Numbered from the stretch's first letter, positions 13,700 to 27,025 are shown. The stretch: DNA of 64,000 nucleotides from the human T2T-CHM13v2.0 reference genome, Homo sapiens (GCF_009914755.1 NC_060937.1); one strand, 5' to 3'. Numbers and translations: made by a program. Notes: generated by a model from the sequence alone, not told the origin.

Positions 13700-14070
13700 T
13701 TTCCCACTTGGACATTTTTTATGTTAAGACACAAGAATCCAATTTGGAAGATATGATTAGAATGTGGTATGATATCAATAGAAGAAGGAAAGGGCGGAAG
13801 TCAATACTGTGAGGGCTAATAAAGACAAATGTACTGTGATTCACCAGGGAAGAAATAATGGATGAAAAATTGAATATGATTCAGCAGTGTAACACTGTCA
13901 CCAAAAGGCAAATGCTATATCGGATTGCATTCATAGACATATCATGAAAAACAAGCAAGGTAATTTTTCAGCAGCAGCATTTCTTAACCCTATTGGTTAG
14001 GCCAAAGTTGGAAAAGTGCAGCACTTTGGGCCACAATCATTACACAGAAAGTTACACAGAGTTTACAGGA
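13700..14070 (+). mobile_element. L3/CR1 LINE fragment
   Basis: ttgaatatgattcagcagtgtaacactgtcaccaaaaggcaaatgctatatcggattgcatt matches the CR1 RT C-terminal LNMSQQC...AKKANAILGCI motif. Confidence 0.7.
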
Positions 14071-14669
14071 GAACAAAAAAACAAGCACAAAGAAAAATAA
14101 ATAAATAAGTACATGTCGATAGAAGATAGCTAGATGGACAAAAGAAACTATCAAGCACAAGTCTTAGAAAATCAGACTTGCTTTCAGAGATCAAGAGAAG
14201 TCAGTTGACGTTCAGCCTAAAAGCAAAGCCAAGTAAGGGAGGAAATAAAGATGCATAAAGGGAACAAGGTCTCAAAAGAAGCGGCTGCTTTCATTAGGCA
14301 GCAACAGGACCAGCAACACATGGATGCCAGTTGTTTCCTATCATGATTTACATTAAAGATAAAGAACAATCTCTAGCATATAGACAAGCAATGGTATGTC
14401 TGGGATATCAGTTGCCGGATATACTTAAAAGAATAAGTATACTCGATCTTTCAAAAGTGGATTAATGAGTACATGGCTAAAGAAACCTTCAAATATTTAT
14501 AGCTATTTTCCGGTCTATACAATAGGATACCCAGTCAGATCACTAAAAGAGCAAAACGGAAAAACAAACAAACAAAAATCTGGGGAAATTGAGCTTGAAA
14601 TTATAGACTCCAGGAGTCAAAGAATCTCTACTTTATCAAAAATAAATTATCTTAGAATAAAAAGATAGG

Positions 14670-14875
14670 AAAAATATTTGCTAATTGTATCAAGAACTTA
14701 CTATATACCAGGCAGTGTCCTGTATTTTTCACCTATAAACTCCCATTTGGTACTTAAACCATCTTAAGAGCTATATACTAACTCCATGAGAAACTGAGAT
14801 CTAGAATTGGTAAGCAGTTTTGCCCATAAGTTCCCACAATCAGGATTTTGAACTCTAGCGGTCTAGTTGCAGGGC
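14670..14875 (-). mobile_element. MIR
   Basis: cttactatataccaggcagtgtcct...gagaaactgagatctaga...caggattttgaactctag. Confidence 0.65.
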
Positions 14876-16002
14876 TTTCGTAGGCTGTCCTGCCTTTCAG
14901 TTCCCAAGGAATATACCACAGAGTCTGATGGAACTAAATAGCATGGGCTAGGATGATAGCTAAAGCATGTATCAGTAGATAATGGCAGTTGATGAGTAAA
15001 GAAATAGCCTTATGAGGCAAAAGGAGAAAATTAGAATAGGAGTAAGGAAAGCTTTATTTCTTAATGCATGGCAATAATATTAGAAAACATATTGTGAAAG
15101 AGTAAGGAACATTCTTTCTGGTGGCTTTCTAAAATTCTAAATAGTTCAGATTTTCATTTTGCTGTGATGATTTTGTGAAACTTTTTCTGAATGTAGAGTA
15201 TTAAGTTATTCAAACTCTTATAGCATATGATTTACATAAATCATAACATTGCTTTGGAAACATCACACTAGGGCCTTCAAAGAGAATATTTAAGTTGTCT
15301 AATATAGATTAATTTAATATTTAATTTCTATCTAATATAGATTAATCTCATTAATAGGGGCAACTGGCTACAAAAATCACATCCTCAAATTTTGCATCTC
15401 TTGAGTCCCAGAGAAAGAAGAAGCAGTTAGAAATGGGAATTGAGAAGCACCAAAACATGTTCAGGATTATGACAATTACCTAAATCGTATCACTACGGTA
15501 TAAGCACACTCAATTTAGAGACATTATTCAAAGATGCATTCATAATATAAGAAAGAAGGTCTAGTTGACAAACAGATATTGCATTTATATTGCTTCTTAT
15601 AAAAATAGAAGGATTATAACTATCATAATTTTCTCTTGCCCTTATAGCTTCCAGGTATTCCAATGCCTTGGTATTCTGTTTCTCTTATTAATATTTTTCC
15701 CCTCACCTGAGCTGGTATCATTGAAAGCATATTTTATTTCTGGCCAAAATAATGGGTACAAATGACAAAACCATGATCTTAGAGTTGATATAGGACTCGG
15801 TCCTTCAATTCTCATCTGTTACCTCTTTGAACATGTTCACAATAGCACAAGCGCTACTGGCGATCTTTCCCCACCTGTCCATTATTCTGTTCCTCCCCAC
15901 TATCCAGGGACCTTTAATGACCTTCCCAACAACATGATGTTCCTTCATAATGTGTTCATTTATCTGTCCCTGTGGATAAAACTGCATAGATAAATGGTCA
16001 CG

Positions 16003-16427
16003 CCCTTTCTGCTCAAGGAATTATCTCATTAAAACTGCTATGTTGGAGATGAAAACTTTTGTCCAATACCATTTTTATCTCTCACATGTAATACTGGTGA
16101 ATTTGTTAACTTAATACTAGATCATAAAAATAAATAAAGTGGCCTGGTGCGGTGACTCAGGCCTGTAATCCCAGCACTTTGGGAGGCCAAGGAGGGTGGA
16201 TCACAAGGTCAGGATATTGAGACCACCCTGGCCAACATGGTGAAACACCGTCTCTACTAAAAACACAAAAATTAGCTGGATGTGTTGGCGCATGCCTGTA
16301 ATCCCAGCTACTCAGGAGGCTGAGGCAGGAGCACTGCTTGAACCAGGCAGTCAGAGGTTGCAGCGATCTGAGATTGCACCACGGCACTCCAGCCTGGTGA
16401 CAGAGCGAGACTCTGTCTCAAAAAATA

Positions 16428-16458
<31 letters not shown>

Positions 16459-16606
16459 AGTGGATAAAGAAACACTTTATTATTTTTATCTAGTGTTAAA
16501 TTAATAAATTCACCAGTATTTTTATGAGATGTAAAAATTGTATTAGACAAAAGTTTTTATCTCCAACATAACAGTTTTAATGAGAGAATTCCTTGAGCAG
16601 AAAGGG
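16003..16606. repeat. Long inverted repeat (arms 16003-16141 and 16473-16606) interrupted by an Alu
   Basis: ccctttctgctcaaggaattatctcattaaaactgctatgttggag... is the reverse complement of ...ctccaacataacagttttaatgagagaattccttgagcagaaaggg; about 87% identity by manual alignment. Confidence 0.95.
16141..16448 (+). mobile_element. AluS (Sc-like) with (TAAA)n tail
   Basis: Full Alu with ggatcacaaggtcaggatattgagacc and cagcctggtgacagagcg; TSD aaataaataaagt. Confidence 0.93.
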
Positions 16607-17011
16607 ATAGACTGGATAAAGAAAATGTGGTACACACACATCATGGAATACTATTCAGCCATTAAAAAAATGAGAAAATGAGATCATGTCTTTTGCAGGA
16701 ACACGGACAGAGCTGGAGGCCATCATCCTTAGCAAACTAATGCAGGAACAGAAAACCAAATACTGTGTGTTCTCACTTATAAGTGGGAGATAAATGATGA
16801 GAACACATGGACACATAGAGGGAAACAACACACACTGGGGCCTACAGGAGGGCAGTGGGTGGGAGGAGGGAGAGGATTAGGAAAACAAATAATGGATACT
16901 GGGCTTCATACCTGGCTGATGAAATAGGCTGTATAGAAAACCCCCCATGACACCGTTTACCTATGTAACAAACCTATGCACCCTGCACATGTACCTCTGA
17001 ACTTAAAAGTT

Positions 17012-17013
<2 letters not shown>
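16607..17013 (+). mobile_element. 5'-truncated L1PA (L1PA13-16-like) 3' end
   Basis: atagactggataaagaaaatgtgg...gttctcacttataagtgggag...gggaggagggagaggattagg...ctgcacatgtacctctgaacttaaaagttaaa. Confidence 0.9.

Positions 17014-17055
<42 letters not shown>
17014..17055. repeat. (AC)21 microsatellite in the L1 tail position
   Basis: Perfect dinucleotide run. Confidence 0.95.
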
Positions 17056-17062
<7 letters not shown>

Positions 17063-17214
17063 AAATAAAATGTTTTTTTTTTCTGGATCCTAGATCCTGA
17101 GCTTCCTCAAAACAAAAACAAAACCAGTAACATTGTTTACATTAAATGCTGGCTCTTAACTGTTCTTTATTGAATATCCACTAAGGATAAAGCATTACTC
17201 AAACCCAGGAAGAT

Positions 17215-17729
<515 letters not shown>

Positions 17730-18707
17730 GAATGATGACTCCTAAGGTTACAGTTATACTGTAATAAAATGCTAAAGAGCATTAGAAAGCCTAAGAACAG
17801 ACCAAAAGAAGGTAGCAGATTCTTGCACAGAAATCCTGAGAGTTGGAATTGGAAGGGCCTCTGCCAGTCTTCCATTCCTATGGACTTCCTTTGTCCCCCA
17901 GGACTTCTTCAGTTATAGGGGAGTTTCAAGAAAGTAGAGTGCCAAACCTCACATTCCTTCCAAGAGAATATCAGAATTTATTTGTTTAGTTCACCAAGCT
18001 TTCAAATAATGTTTTATTTGATAAAATGTTTCTTTTAGTGGGATAACCTTGGAAGCTATGTGAGATGTCCAGAATTCATCCAGGTATTAATTTTTCATTC
18101 TTAAGAGTTGAGATTTTAAAAGCTTTTTAAACTACATAATAAAAACACACAATTTAGTTAAGTTCAGGGTCTCTAACATTAAAAGGAAAAAATATTCTGC
18201 ATATTTTATGAGCCACAGAAATGCAAAATCCAATAATTAAGTATAGCCTGGGAGAAGATTACGGAGCAATCTGACTTTTGGACTCTATGATTAATTTTGA
18301 CTTTAAGTTATGAAATCCTTGTCAGATACAATGCACAGGATCAGTTTGTCCTATCCACATCACAAAGAACCAGTTGCTTCTTGACCAGAAACTCTGATTA
18401 TTAATAACTTCAGCAAACTGAGAAGGCAACCAAAAGCATCACGTGAGCAAGCTACCCTCAAAAGTGTTTGAGGAACAAAATTGTACCTCCCAAAGGAAAC
18501 ATTGTTCAAGCCAAGCAAATGTAGAACAAATGTAGAATATTTAAGATGATCATTTATTCATTCAGCAAATATTTATTGAGTAGTACTAGGTGCCAAGTAC
18601 TATTTTGGAAACTGTGGAGACATTCATGAGCAAAACAGAAAAAGTCTCTACATTTGTAGACCTTGCTTTCTAGTCAGGAGATAAATACAGTAAACATTAT
18701 TATCAAG

Positions 18708-19090
18708 TATAGCTGATGATACCAGTGAGTGCCCTGTTTACATTTCCTCTACACTCACTAGTTGAAGACTGTTAACTGTGAACAACTGCAACTCTCTGCC
18801 CAAGCACAAGAAGCACACTCCGCCCACACTCAAGGCAAGGCAGAAATGACTGTGGAAGTCCTGAAAGCAGCTCTCAACCAAGGACAGAAGGGGGTCTGGT
18901 AGATCCATACCCCATACTCCTCACCTTTTGGTGTAAAGCTACTGAGCCTTGGTTGTCCACAGAGATATTCTGCTTAATAATCTACCTCCCCCTGACTTGC
19001 TACCCTACTCCCCTGCCTGTTTTGCTTGGAGTAAATCCCCAAATAAACTACTGGCTCAAATTTTATCTCAGGATCTTCTTCTAGGAGAAT
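18708..19090 (+). mobile_element. LTR16-family (ERVL) solo LTR
   Basis: cagctctcaaccaaggacag...ccccaaataaactactggctcaaattttatctcaggatcttcttctaggaga is typical of LTR16 3' ends. Confidence 0.65.
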
Positions 19091-19132
19091 GTGTCTGCTT
19101 CTAAACAAATAAATCATATAGTATATTAAAAG

Positions 19133-19438
<306 letters not shown>

Positions 19439-20029
19439 CTATGGTGCTATGGAAAAATACAGAGTTCGTTAGGAGAGATCTGGATTAGAGGACAGGGATA
19501 AGGTGGGGGAAGGCATTTGAACAAAAACTTGAAGGAGATAAAGGGGTAAACCATGGGATATCTGAGGGAAAGCCAATGCAAAGACCCTGAAGCCACTGTA
19601 TGCCTGGTTCGTTCAGGACCTGGGCCACCATTATGACTGTGATGGAGCATGTGAAGGAGAGAAGATGCTGTGAAGCAGAAAATAGGATGCAACAAGGAAC
19701 ATGGCAGCTGTGGGTGGGAGGGTTAAAGACTTTGTAAGGCCATAATTATAAGGATTCTGGGTTTTAGCCCAAGTGACATAGTGATATGGAAGGATTTGAG
19801 CAGAGGAGTGACATTAATTGACATGTTATAAAAGCTTTTTTTTTTTTTTTTGTTACTGTATTGAGAAAGAACTGTAAGATAGATGTCAAAGGTAGGCACA
19901 GGGGGACCAGTTGCACATCTATTACAAAATGCATGCAAGAGTCAACCAAGGCATTAAATAAGGAAAAGAAATAATGTACTTTTTAAAAATTCTAGTGGAA
20001 ACATTAAGCATGAAGAAAGTAATAGATGG

Positions 20030-20321
20030 GGCCGGGTGTGGTGGCTCATGCCTGTAATCCCAGCATTTGGGGAGGCTGAGGTGGGTGGGTTGCTTGGATT
20101 CCAGGAGTTTGAGACCAGCCTGAGCAATATGGCAAAACCCTGTCTCTACAGAAAAATACAAAAATTGGCCAGGCTTATTGACACACACTTGTAGTCCCAG
20201 CTACTTGGGAGGCTGAGGTGGGATAATCAGTTGAGCTTGGGAGGCAGAGGTTGCAGAGAGCCATGATCATACCACTGAACTCCAGACTGGGCAATACAGC
20301 AAGACCCTTTCTCAAAAAAAA
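20030..20321 (+). mobile_element. AluJ (Jb-like)
   Basis: J diagnostics (ttgcttg...ccaggagtttgagaccagcctgagcaa; gaggctgaggtgggataatc; ccatgatcatacc). Confidence 0.9.
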
Positions 20322-20435
20322 GTAAGATGTAGAACAAATAGATGGAATAAACAGCAAAATGGATACAACTAAGGAATGGATTGACTTTGAAGATCAGTTT
20401 CAGGAACTCTCCCAAGCAGCAGGGAAAGACAAAAT
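20322..20435 (+). mobile_element. HAL1/L1ME ORF1-like fragment
   Basis: gatggaataaacagcaaaatggatacaactaaggaatggattg...gaagatcag...ggaactctcccaag resembles the ORF1 coiled-coil region of ancient L1s. Confidence 0.45.
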
Positions 20436-20672
20436 TCTGGCTTGTGAAATCAATTTAGTGAATTTTGACCAGCTTTGAGAGAGAACAGAACAGAATGGGA
20501 CAGGATAGAATAGACTAGGAAAGAATCACTGCACGGCACATAATAATGCTAAGAATAGTTTGTGAAACCTTTAGTTATTTTTATTTTTATTTTTTTTATG
20601 TCTATGTATACCGAGTTGCTGTGTAAAATGAATATTTTAGTGTAGGTCACAATAAAAAATGTTTGAAAGCTA
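20436..20672 (+). mobile_element. hAT-Charlie non-autonomous element (Charlie4-like)
   Basis: gtgaaatcaatttagtg...gaccagc...agaataga...tgtaaaatg...ggtcac...aaaatgtttgaaagc. Confidence 0.6.
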
Positions 20673-20683
20673 AAAAGAAAAAG

Positions 20684-21085
20684 AGTCCATCAAGAGGTGA
20701 ATAGATAAATTGCATTGTATTTACATACAATGAAATATTATTCAGTCATATAAAGGAATGGAATAATAAACCTCAAAAATATTATGCTAAGTGAAAAAGG
20801 GCAGACACAAAAGGTCAAATATTGTATGATTCCATTTATTCAAAATATGCAGAATAGGTAAATTCTTAGAGACAGAAAGCAGATTAGTAGTTTCCATGGG
20901 TTGTAGGGAAGAGGGTTGAGGAGTAACTGCTTAATGAGTATGGGCTTTATTTGGGAATTATGAAAATATTTTGGAAGATGGTGGTTACACAACATTGTAA
21001 ATATACTAAATGTCACTGAATTATTCAATGTAGAATGATTAATTTTAATTTATGTGAATTTCATCTCCATTTCTTAAAAATCTAA
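20684..21085 (+). mobile_element. L1MB-type 3' end
   Basis: attatgctaagtgaaaaagggcagacacaaaaggtcaaatattgtatgattccattt...gagacagaaagcagattagtagtttcc...acaacattgtaaatatactaaatgtcactgaatt. Confidence 0.85.
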
Positions 21086-21367
21086 AAAGAAAAAACAAGG
21101 GATGAGGATGGCTTGGACCACAGGCTTAATGATGAAAGTGATGACAGTAGTATGATTCCAGACATATTTTATAGGTAGAGTCAACAGCATTTCAAAATTG
21201 GATGCCAGTGTGAAACTCAAGGTGACTCCAAATTTTGGGACTTGAACAACTGTAAGAAATAAGTTGCCATTTACAGATATTGGGAAAATTGCAGTTGGAG
21301 CATGTTTAGGGTAGAAGATCAAGAGTTTAGTTTTGAATATGTTAAATTTGAGATGTCTATTAGGCAG

Positions 21368-21716
21368 TGTCTTAGTCAGTTCAGGCTGTTAAAACAAAAT
21401 AGCGTAAACTGGGTAGCTTACAAACAATAGAAATTTACTTCTCACAGTTCTCGAGGCTGGAAATTCCAAAATCAAGGCACTGGCAGGTTCAGTGTCTGGG
21501 AAGGGGCCAATTCCTGATTCACAGAAGGCACCTTCCTGCTGTGTCCTCAAGTGGTGCAGGGGCAAGGCCTATTTTATGAGTGCTGATCCCATTCGTAAGG
21601 GGTCCACTCTTACGACCTAATTACTTCCCAAAGGCCCTACCTCCTAATACCATCATCTTGGGGTTAGGATTTCAACATATGAATTTTGGGGGAACACAAA
21701 CTTTCAGACCATGGCC
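21368..21716 (-). mobile_element. MLT1A-type MaLR LTR
   Basis: tgtcttagtcagttcaggctg...tctcacagttctcgaggctgg...ggggttaggatttcaacatatgaattttggggg...ttcagaccat. Confidence 0.85.
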
Positions 21717-23605
21717 GACCGTTAAGTGGAGTTTGACATATCTAGTATTAAGGGCAAAGATCTGAGCTGGAATCACATCCATTGTGTTTTTATTTTTGTA
21801 TAAAGGAATCAGTGGATATTTGGTATTTTAAATGTCTTGAATTTAACAGAGTCAGCTTATTAATGTAACACATCAGCTTTGTAATTCTGAGTTAAAGTGT
21901 GTAACTAAAATTTAAATGTCTTTGTGATTTTAAGTAGAAGTACTAGCTTTAATATATTAGATCATTTTTAAAACCTTAAGTGCTCCATACTTGTAATTTT
22001 AACTTATGAGGTCCATAAGAAATGATTAAATTCTTGACATGTATCAATCATGTTAATGATGTAATTAAAAATAAAAGAAAATATATTAAATCTATTAGCA
22101 AAGTTTAGATGATTTAAAGGTGTATATACTTGCAAACAGACCTAAGAGTTATTCAAATGCCCTGAAGTTATTGTAGCTTTATAAGCAAAATAGTAAATTT
22201 TGTCAAATAAACCTAAAAATTTAAAGAAGAATTCAGTGTTTAAATGTCTAACCTTAATAAAATGAATAGTATTCTTTAAAAGCAAGTTAACTCCTGAATG
22301 GTCTCTTCTACACACAAACCAGCCCCCAGCTGATCAACAAATTCACATTCAATAGCTTGCTTTGATGAAAAATGAAGTTGAATGCCCAGTGTGTAGTCAA
22401 GCATATTTCTGAGGACCAGAGAAATTAAATATACTCCCTAGAGTTTCAAAATTAAGATTTTTGATACTTTTTGGTAGTATTCATGCCTAAAAGGAGCTAT
22501 GGTTTAACTGCGAGTCTTTTGGGGAGTTTTGGCATTCTATGACACATGTCAAATTATTCTGGAAAATATTTGGAGGCCCATCTCATTAAGGCCCATGACG
22601 CTTTTATTGTTATTGTTGTTTTAACTATTCAACACAACACATGCGAGATTTAATCCAATATGCTTTGTAGGACATGATATTTACTGCTCATTAGGGCAGA
22701 ATAGACTTGCCCAATGCATTCCAATAAGTCACAGCAATGCTACAATGAATACAATCCAAGAAAAAAACATGGAACAATTTGCTACAACAGACTGCTTTCA
22801 TTTTTATCCAGTTCATTACCATATCTGGATAGAAACCACAGCAACAGCAGCAGTTTACAATATTAAGAAGAATTTGGGGAAACATAAAACTGTGCTGATT
22901 AAAATTTTTAAAAATATTGTGTATAAGCAATACTGAGCTCTATTGGATTGTAGCTATTTCTAAGTTTATAACCAATTGTTAATATTACAAGTGGGGTTTC
23001 ATTGCGTTTATTCGTTTAAGGGCTTATTTAATGGTTTAAGGCATCTGAAACTTTTGGTTGCTCCCATAAGTAGAATTAATTTAGGTTGATTTGATAACTG
23101 ATTATTTATGAGGCTGGTTGGGGGCCTAAATAAGGTGGAATAGTGATATTAAAGCAGAAAATCACTTTCAGTAGCTGAAGTTTCCGGCTATGCTTTCCAT
23201 ATTAGTTTTATTCAATGGGTAGTTCCTCATACCCCTCTAAATTTTTAACACTTGGGTACAAATCACAGAAAAAAAAAACGACAATTAGGAGTTACTTAAA
23301 CACAGAAGAGTACCACATGAGATTTTGTAGAATGTGAGAATATGTAATCTAATCTCTTAAAGAATGTCAGTCCTATTTGTCACTTTTTATCCAAACCATT
23401 TGACCTTATCTTTTTAAATATTTTGTTAGTTTATTTCCAAATATTTAACTCTAAGTACAGATGTGTATTTTTTTCTGTTAAAAAATTCTTACAGATTTTA
23501 CAAATTCATTTTCAAAATAAATTGGGAAAATATCAGGATGTTTCAATTTTAAAAATCTCCTATAAATTCACTACCCAGAATGAACATTTTGGTGTATTTC
23601 TTTCA

Positions 23606-23666
23606 TATATACACACACACAGAGAAAAACTCTTTATATACACACACACATATATACATATGTTTG

Positions 23667-23702
<36 letters not shown>

Positions 23703-23731
23703 CGTGTGTGTGTGCGCGTGTGCGTGTGTAT
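23606..23731. repeat. Compound (CA/TA)n and (TG/CG)n simple repeat
   Basis: atatacacacacacatatatacatatg followed by tgtgtgtgtg...tgcgcgtgtgcgtgtgtat. Confidence 0.9.
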
Positions 23732-23742
23732 AAAAAGTTTTA

Positions 23743-23922
<180 letters not shown>

Positions 23923-23931
23923 TTAATCTAG

Positions 23932-24170
23932 CTTTGTGTGTGTGTGTGTTAAAAACATTTAATATGAGATCTACCAATAACTAATTTTTAAGCATACAAT
24001 ATAATGTTAACTATAGTAATGATATTGTACAGCAAATTTCTGTTTTCTTGCATAACTGAAACTTCATACCCTTTGAATAGAAACTCCTCATTTCCCCCTT
24101 TCCCCAGCCCCTGGCAACCACCATTTCTATTCTGCTTCTATAAGTTTGACCATTTTAGATACCTCATAAT
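23932..24170 (-). mobile_element. L1MA (L1MA8/9-like) 3' end
   Basis: aaaacatttaatatgagatctacc...cataactgaaactt...ccccagcccctggcaaccaccatttctattctgcttctataagtttgac. Confidence 0.8.
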
Positions 24171-25299
24171 TCATATTTAGTATTCTCTCCTCCCTAGGTA
24201 ATTTTATTTTGGTCATTTTCCCGAACCTGTAAATATTCATGGAAAATAGTTTTTGATGGCTATATAGCATTTCATCATATAAATGTATCCTAATTTATTT
24301 AACCATTTCTCTATGGTTAAATAATTATGTTCTTTATTGTTTATTACTACATAACTACATCATTAATGCCTAAAAATATGTATGTGCCAACAGAAAACAA
24401 AATTGACTTAAAAATATATAGGGAAGTTCCTAAAGAGATAAAATATTATTTATTTTTAAAAATCTGTTCTATTTTCTTTCTCCTTAGAGACACAAACTTT
24501 GGTAGTATATTTTAAGCATTTAATAGGTGTGCTTTGGTTTTCTTCTTTTTTCTCATAAATGAATTTGCAATCAATTAGCTTAATTCTATTGAGTCTAATG
24601 ATTCTCTCTTGTCTACATGCCAAATTTTCATTTTATCTCAACTATCTTCATTTGAGAGTTTTATTTTTTATTACTCGTATAAGCATTTTCCTGTTTGCAT
24701 TCTCTAACATATTTTTGGACAATAGTGAGGATAAAATAGAATAAAATATTCAAATAATTGCACAAATACTGTTCTGAACACAAACCTAACATCACCATCA
24801 GAGCTGAAATAATAGCTGACATATTATCTGTATACACCAGCAGCAGAAATTACTACTAGCTAGTCAGCCTAGGAATCATAATATTAATAATTTATTGGAA
24901 GGGCATGAAGTTGTTTATAGGACCAAAAGGAAGTAAGATGGGAATAGGCAGCAGGCAGTCCCTATCTCAGTCACAGGAAACACCTGGAAGTCCCGCCTTG
25001 GCACTGCTATGATAAGAATAAATAAAATCTGTTTCTGCGTCATCCCATTCAAGGTTCAGTTTTCCCTTGAGGAAGTATATCTAGTTGGTCAAGATGCTCT
25101 TGACAGTACCGGAGTTAAGAAGAAGGATCTATATAGAGTAAGGGATCTACATGGCCTTTTTAGTTTCTCTAGTAAGAAAGCAAGCACATGGAGTTACCTT
25201 TCCACTCAGTCTTCATGGGATGAAGGAGAGGGAATTACTGGAGGGAGAGTTGGGGTCCTCTTCAGTAAAAAAAAAAAAAAAAAAGAAAAAAGAAATGAA

Positions 25300-25400
25300 T
25301 GCTAGAATGCAAAGCTCCATGAGGGCAGGAATCTATCTTTTTTGTTCACCAGTGCAACATATAGTAGGTAGTTAGTAAATATTTTTTGACTGGAATTGGA
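25300..25400 (+). mobile_element. L2 3' end
   Basis: ctagaatgcaaagctccatgagggcagg...ttgttcacc...tagtaggtagttagtaaatattttttga. Confidence 0.7.
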
Positions 25401-25559
25401 TAGGCACCAAAAACAGGAGGGAAGGAAGGAAGGAAAAAAGGAAAAGAAAGGGTAAGATCTAAAAGTAATTCTAAGGTAAATTTTATTTTAATAAATGGAG
25501 AGTCAAGCTAGGTGACACTTTTCTTTCAACTACAATAAGGAATGACTCTAAAGTAATGT

Positions 25560-25735
25560 AATCGATTTTCTTGGGTGGTTCACATATTGACTTTGAAGGC
25601 AATTTTCAAAGGGAAGCTCTAAAATGATCTTAAACAATGGCAGTAATGTTGGTGTAATATAGAACTCCCCTGTGGGGGCATTTTAAAGGACTCATTTGTA
25701 TGTTTAAGTCCTGCTATGTAGGCTTTTAAAAAATT
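25560..25735 (+). mobile_element. MARNA (ancient mariner) fragment
   Basis: tgaaggcaattttcaaagggaagctctaaaatgatcttaaacaatggcag...tgttgg...ctcccc...ttttaaaggac resembles the mariner transposase C-terminus (WQ.RW.KC...GDYFE region). Confidence 0.5.
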
Positions 25736-25934
25736 CATTTGTGGTTATACATTGAATATTTTCTATAAACTAATTGGTTAAGGAAAGCAATGTGAGGTAT
25801 AGGAATACTAAGAGAAAAAGCAGGAAGGCCATCACTTTAAACATGATAGGCTTAATAAAATTTACAGATCAAATATAATTTCAGAGACCTAAATGATTTC
25901 TGAACACATTTTCAAGGCCTGCTAAAAGCTATAC

Positions 25935-26150
25935 TAATAGTTACTATATATCTAATACTGACTATGTATAAGGCATTTTACATTGAATTATCTATAATAC
26001 TCATAACAACCACCCTGCTAAATAGATACTGCTGCTCCAAATTTACAGGTTAGGAAATTGAGGGTCATAAAGGTTGAATTGCCCAAAGTCATGCAGTCAA
26101 ACGAGACAAAGCCATGATTTGAATCCCAGTTTGTTCAGTGCCATACCTTG
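25935..26150 (-). mobile_element. MIR
   Basis: ctcataacaacc...atttacaggttaggaaattgagggtc...ttgcccaaagtcatgcag...gatttgaatcccag. Confidence 0.75.
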
Positions 26151-26407
26151 AATGCAATACTGAATGTATACCTTAAATGCAATATTTTTACACTAAAAGC
26201 AAAAGGGCAAATGAGGCAATGTCCTCTTCTAAGATATGAATTAATGAGTATATTTATTACTTGCCTACACCTCCAAAATGCTCATGCACAAACCATTTAA
26301 CATATTTTCTAAATGATGTGAAACTCAAGCAAGCAATTAATGTTATCAAACCCTTCCTTTAATTTTTTAAAACCAACTTATTTAACCATGTTTAAAATCT
26401 AACCACT

Positions 26408-27025
26408 CACAGGTTCATTGCAGCATTACTCACAATATCCAGGATACGGAATCAACCAACGTATCCATCAAGAAATGAATGGATAAAGAAAAAGTGGTAT
26501 GTACGTACAACGAAAGATCATTCAGCCTTTAAAAAGAAGGCAATTCATTTGAGATAATATGGTTGAACCTAGTGCACAAAATACTAAGTGAAATAAGGCA
26601 GGCTCAAAATCAAATACTGCATGTTCTCACTCGTATGAGGAATCTGAAAACATTGAACTAGAGAAGTAGAGAGTATAATGGTGGTTACCAGGGGCTAGCA
26701 GGAGGGAGATGGGGAGATTCTGATCAAAGGGTACAAAGTTTTAGCTAGACAGAAGGAGGAGATCTATTGCACAGCATCGTGACTGTACGTAATAATAACA
26801 TAGTATACATTTCAAAATTGCTAATACAATAGATTTTAAATGTTCACACCATTATCGCTTCTCGGCCTTTTGGCTCAGATCAAGTGAAATGTTCACACCA
26901 CAAAAAATGAGTATGTAAGGTGATGGATACATAAGTTTGATTTAATAATTTCATAATATACACATATATCAAAACATCATATTATACCCCATAAATATAT
27001 TCATTTGTCAATTAAAAATTAAAAA
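26408..27025 (+). mobile_element. L1MA-type 3' end (hosts the U2 fragment)
   Basis: ttcattgcagcattactcacaatatccagg...gaatggataaagaaaa...tcaaagggtacaaagttttagctagacaga...atcaaaacatcatattataccccataaatata. Confidence 0.88.
26854..26886 (+). pseudogene. U2 snRNA 5' fragment (nt 1-33), 3'-truncated retropseudogene
   Basis: atcgcttctcggccttttggctcagatcaagtg vs U2 ATCGCTTCTCGGCCTTTTGGCTAAGATCAAGTG (1 mismatch); exact 14-bp TSD aaatgttcacacca at 26838-26851 and 26887-26900. Confidence 0.95.

Noticed and set aside
15298-15346. 16-bp direct repeat tctaatatagattaat
   Set aside because: Very AT-rich local slippage duplication with no further structure.
16003-16606. piggyBac (MER75/MER85) identity for the inverted repeat, suggested by CCC...GGG ends
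   Set aside because: No TTAA target duplication, and the interior does not resemble those consensus sequences as I remember them.
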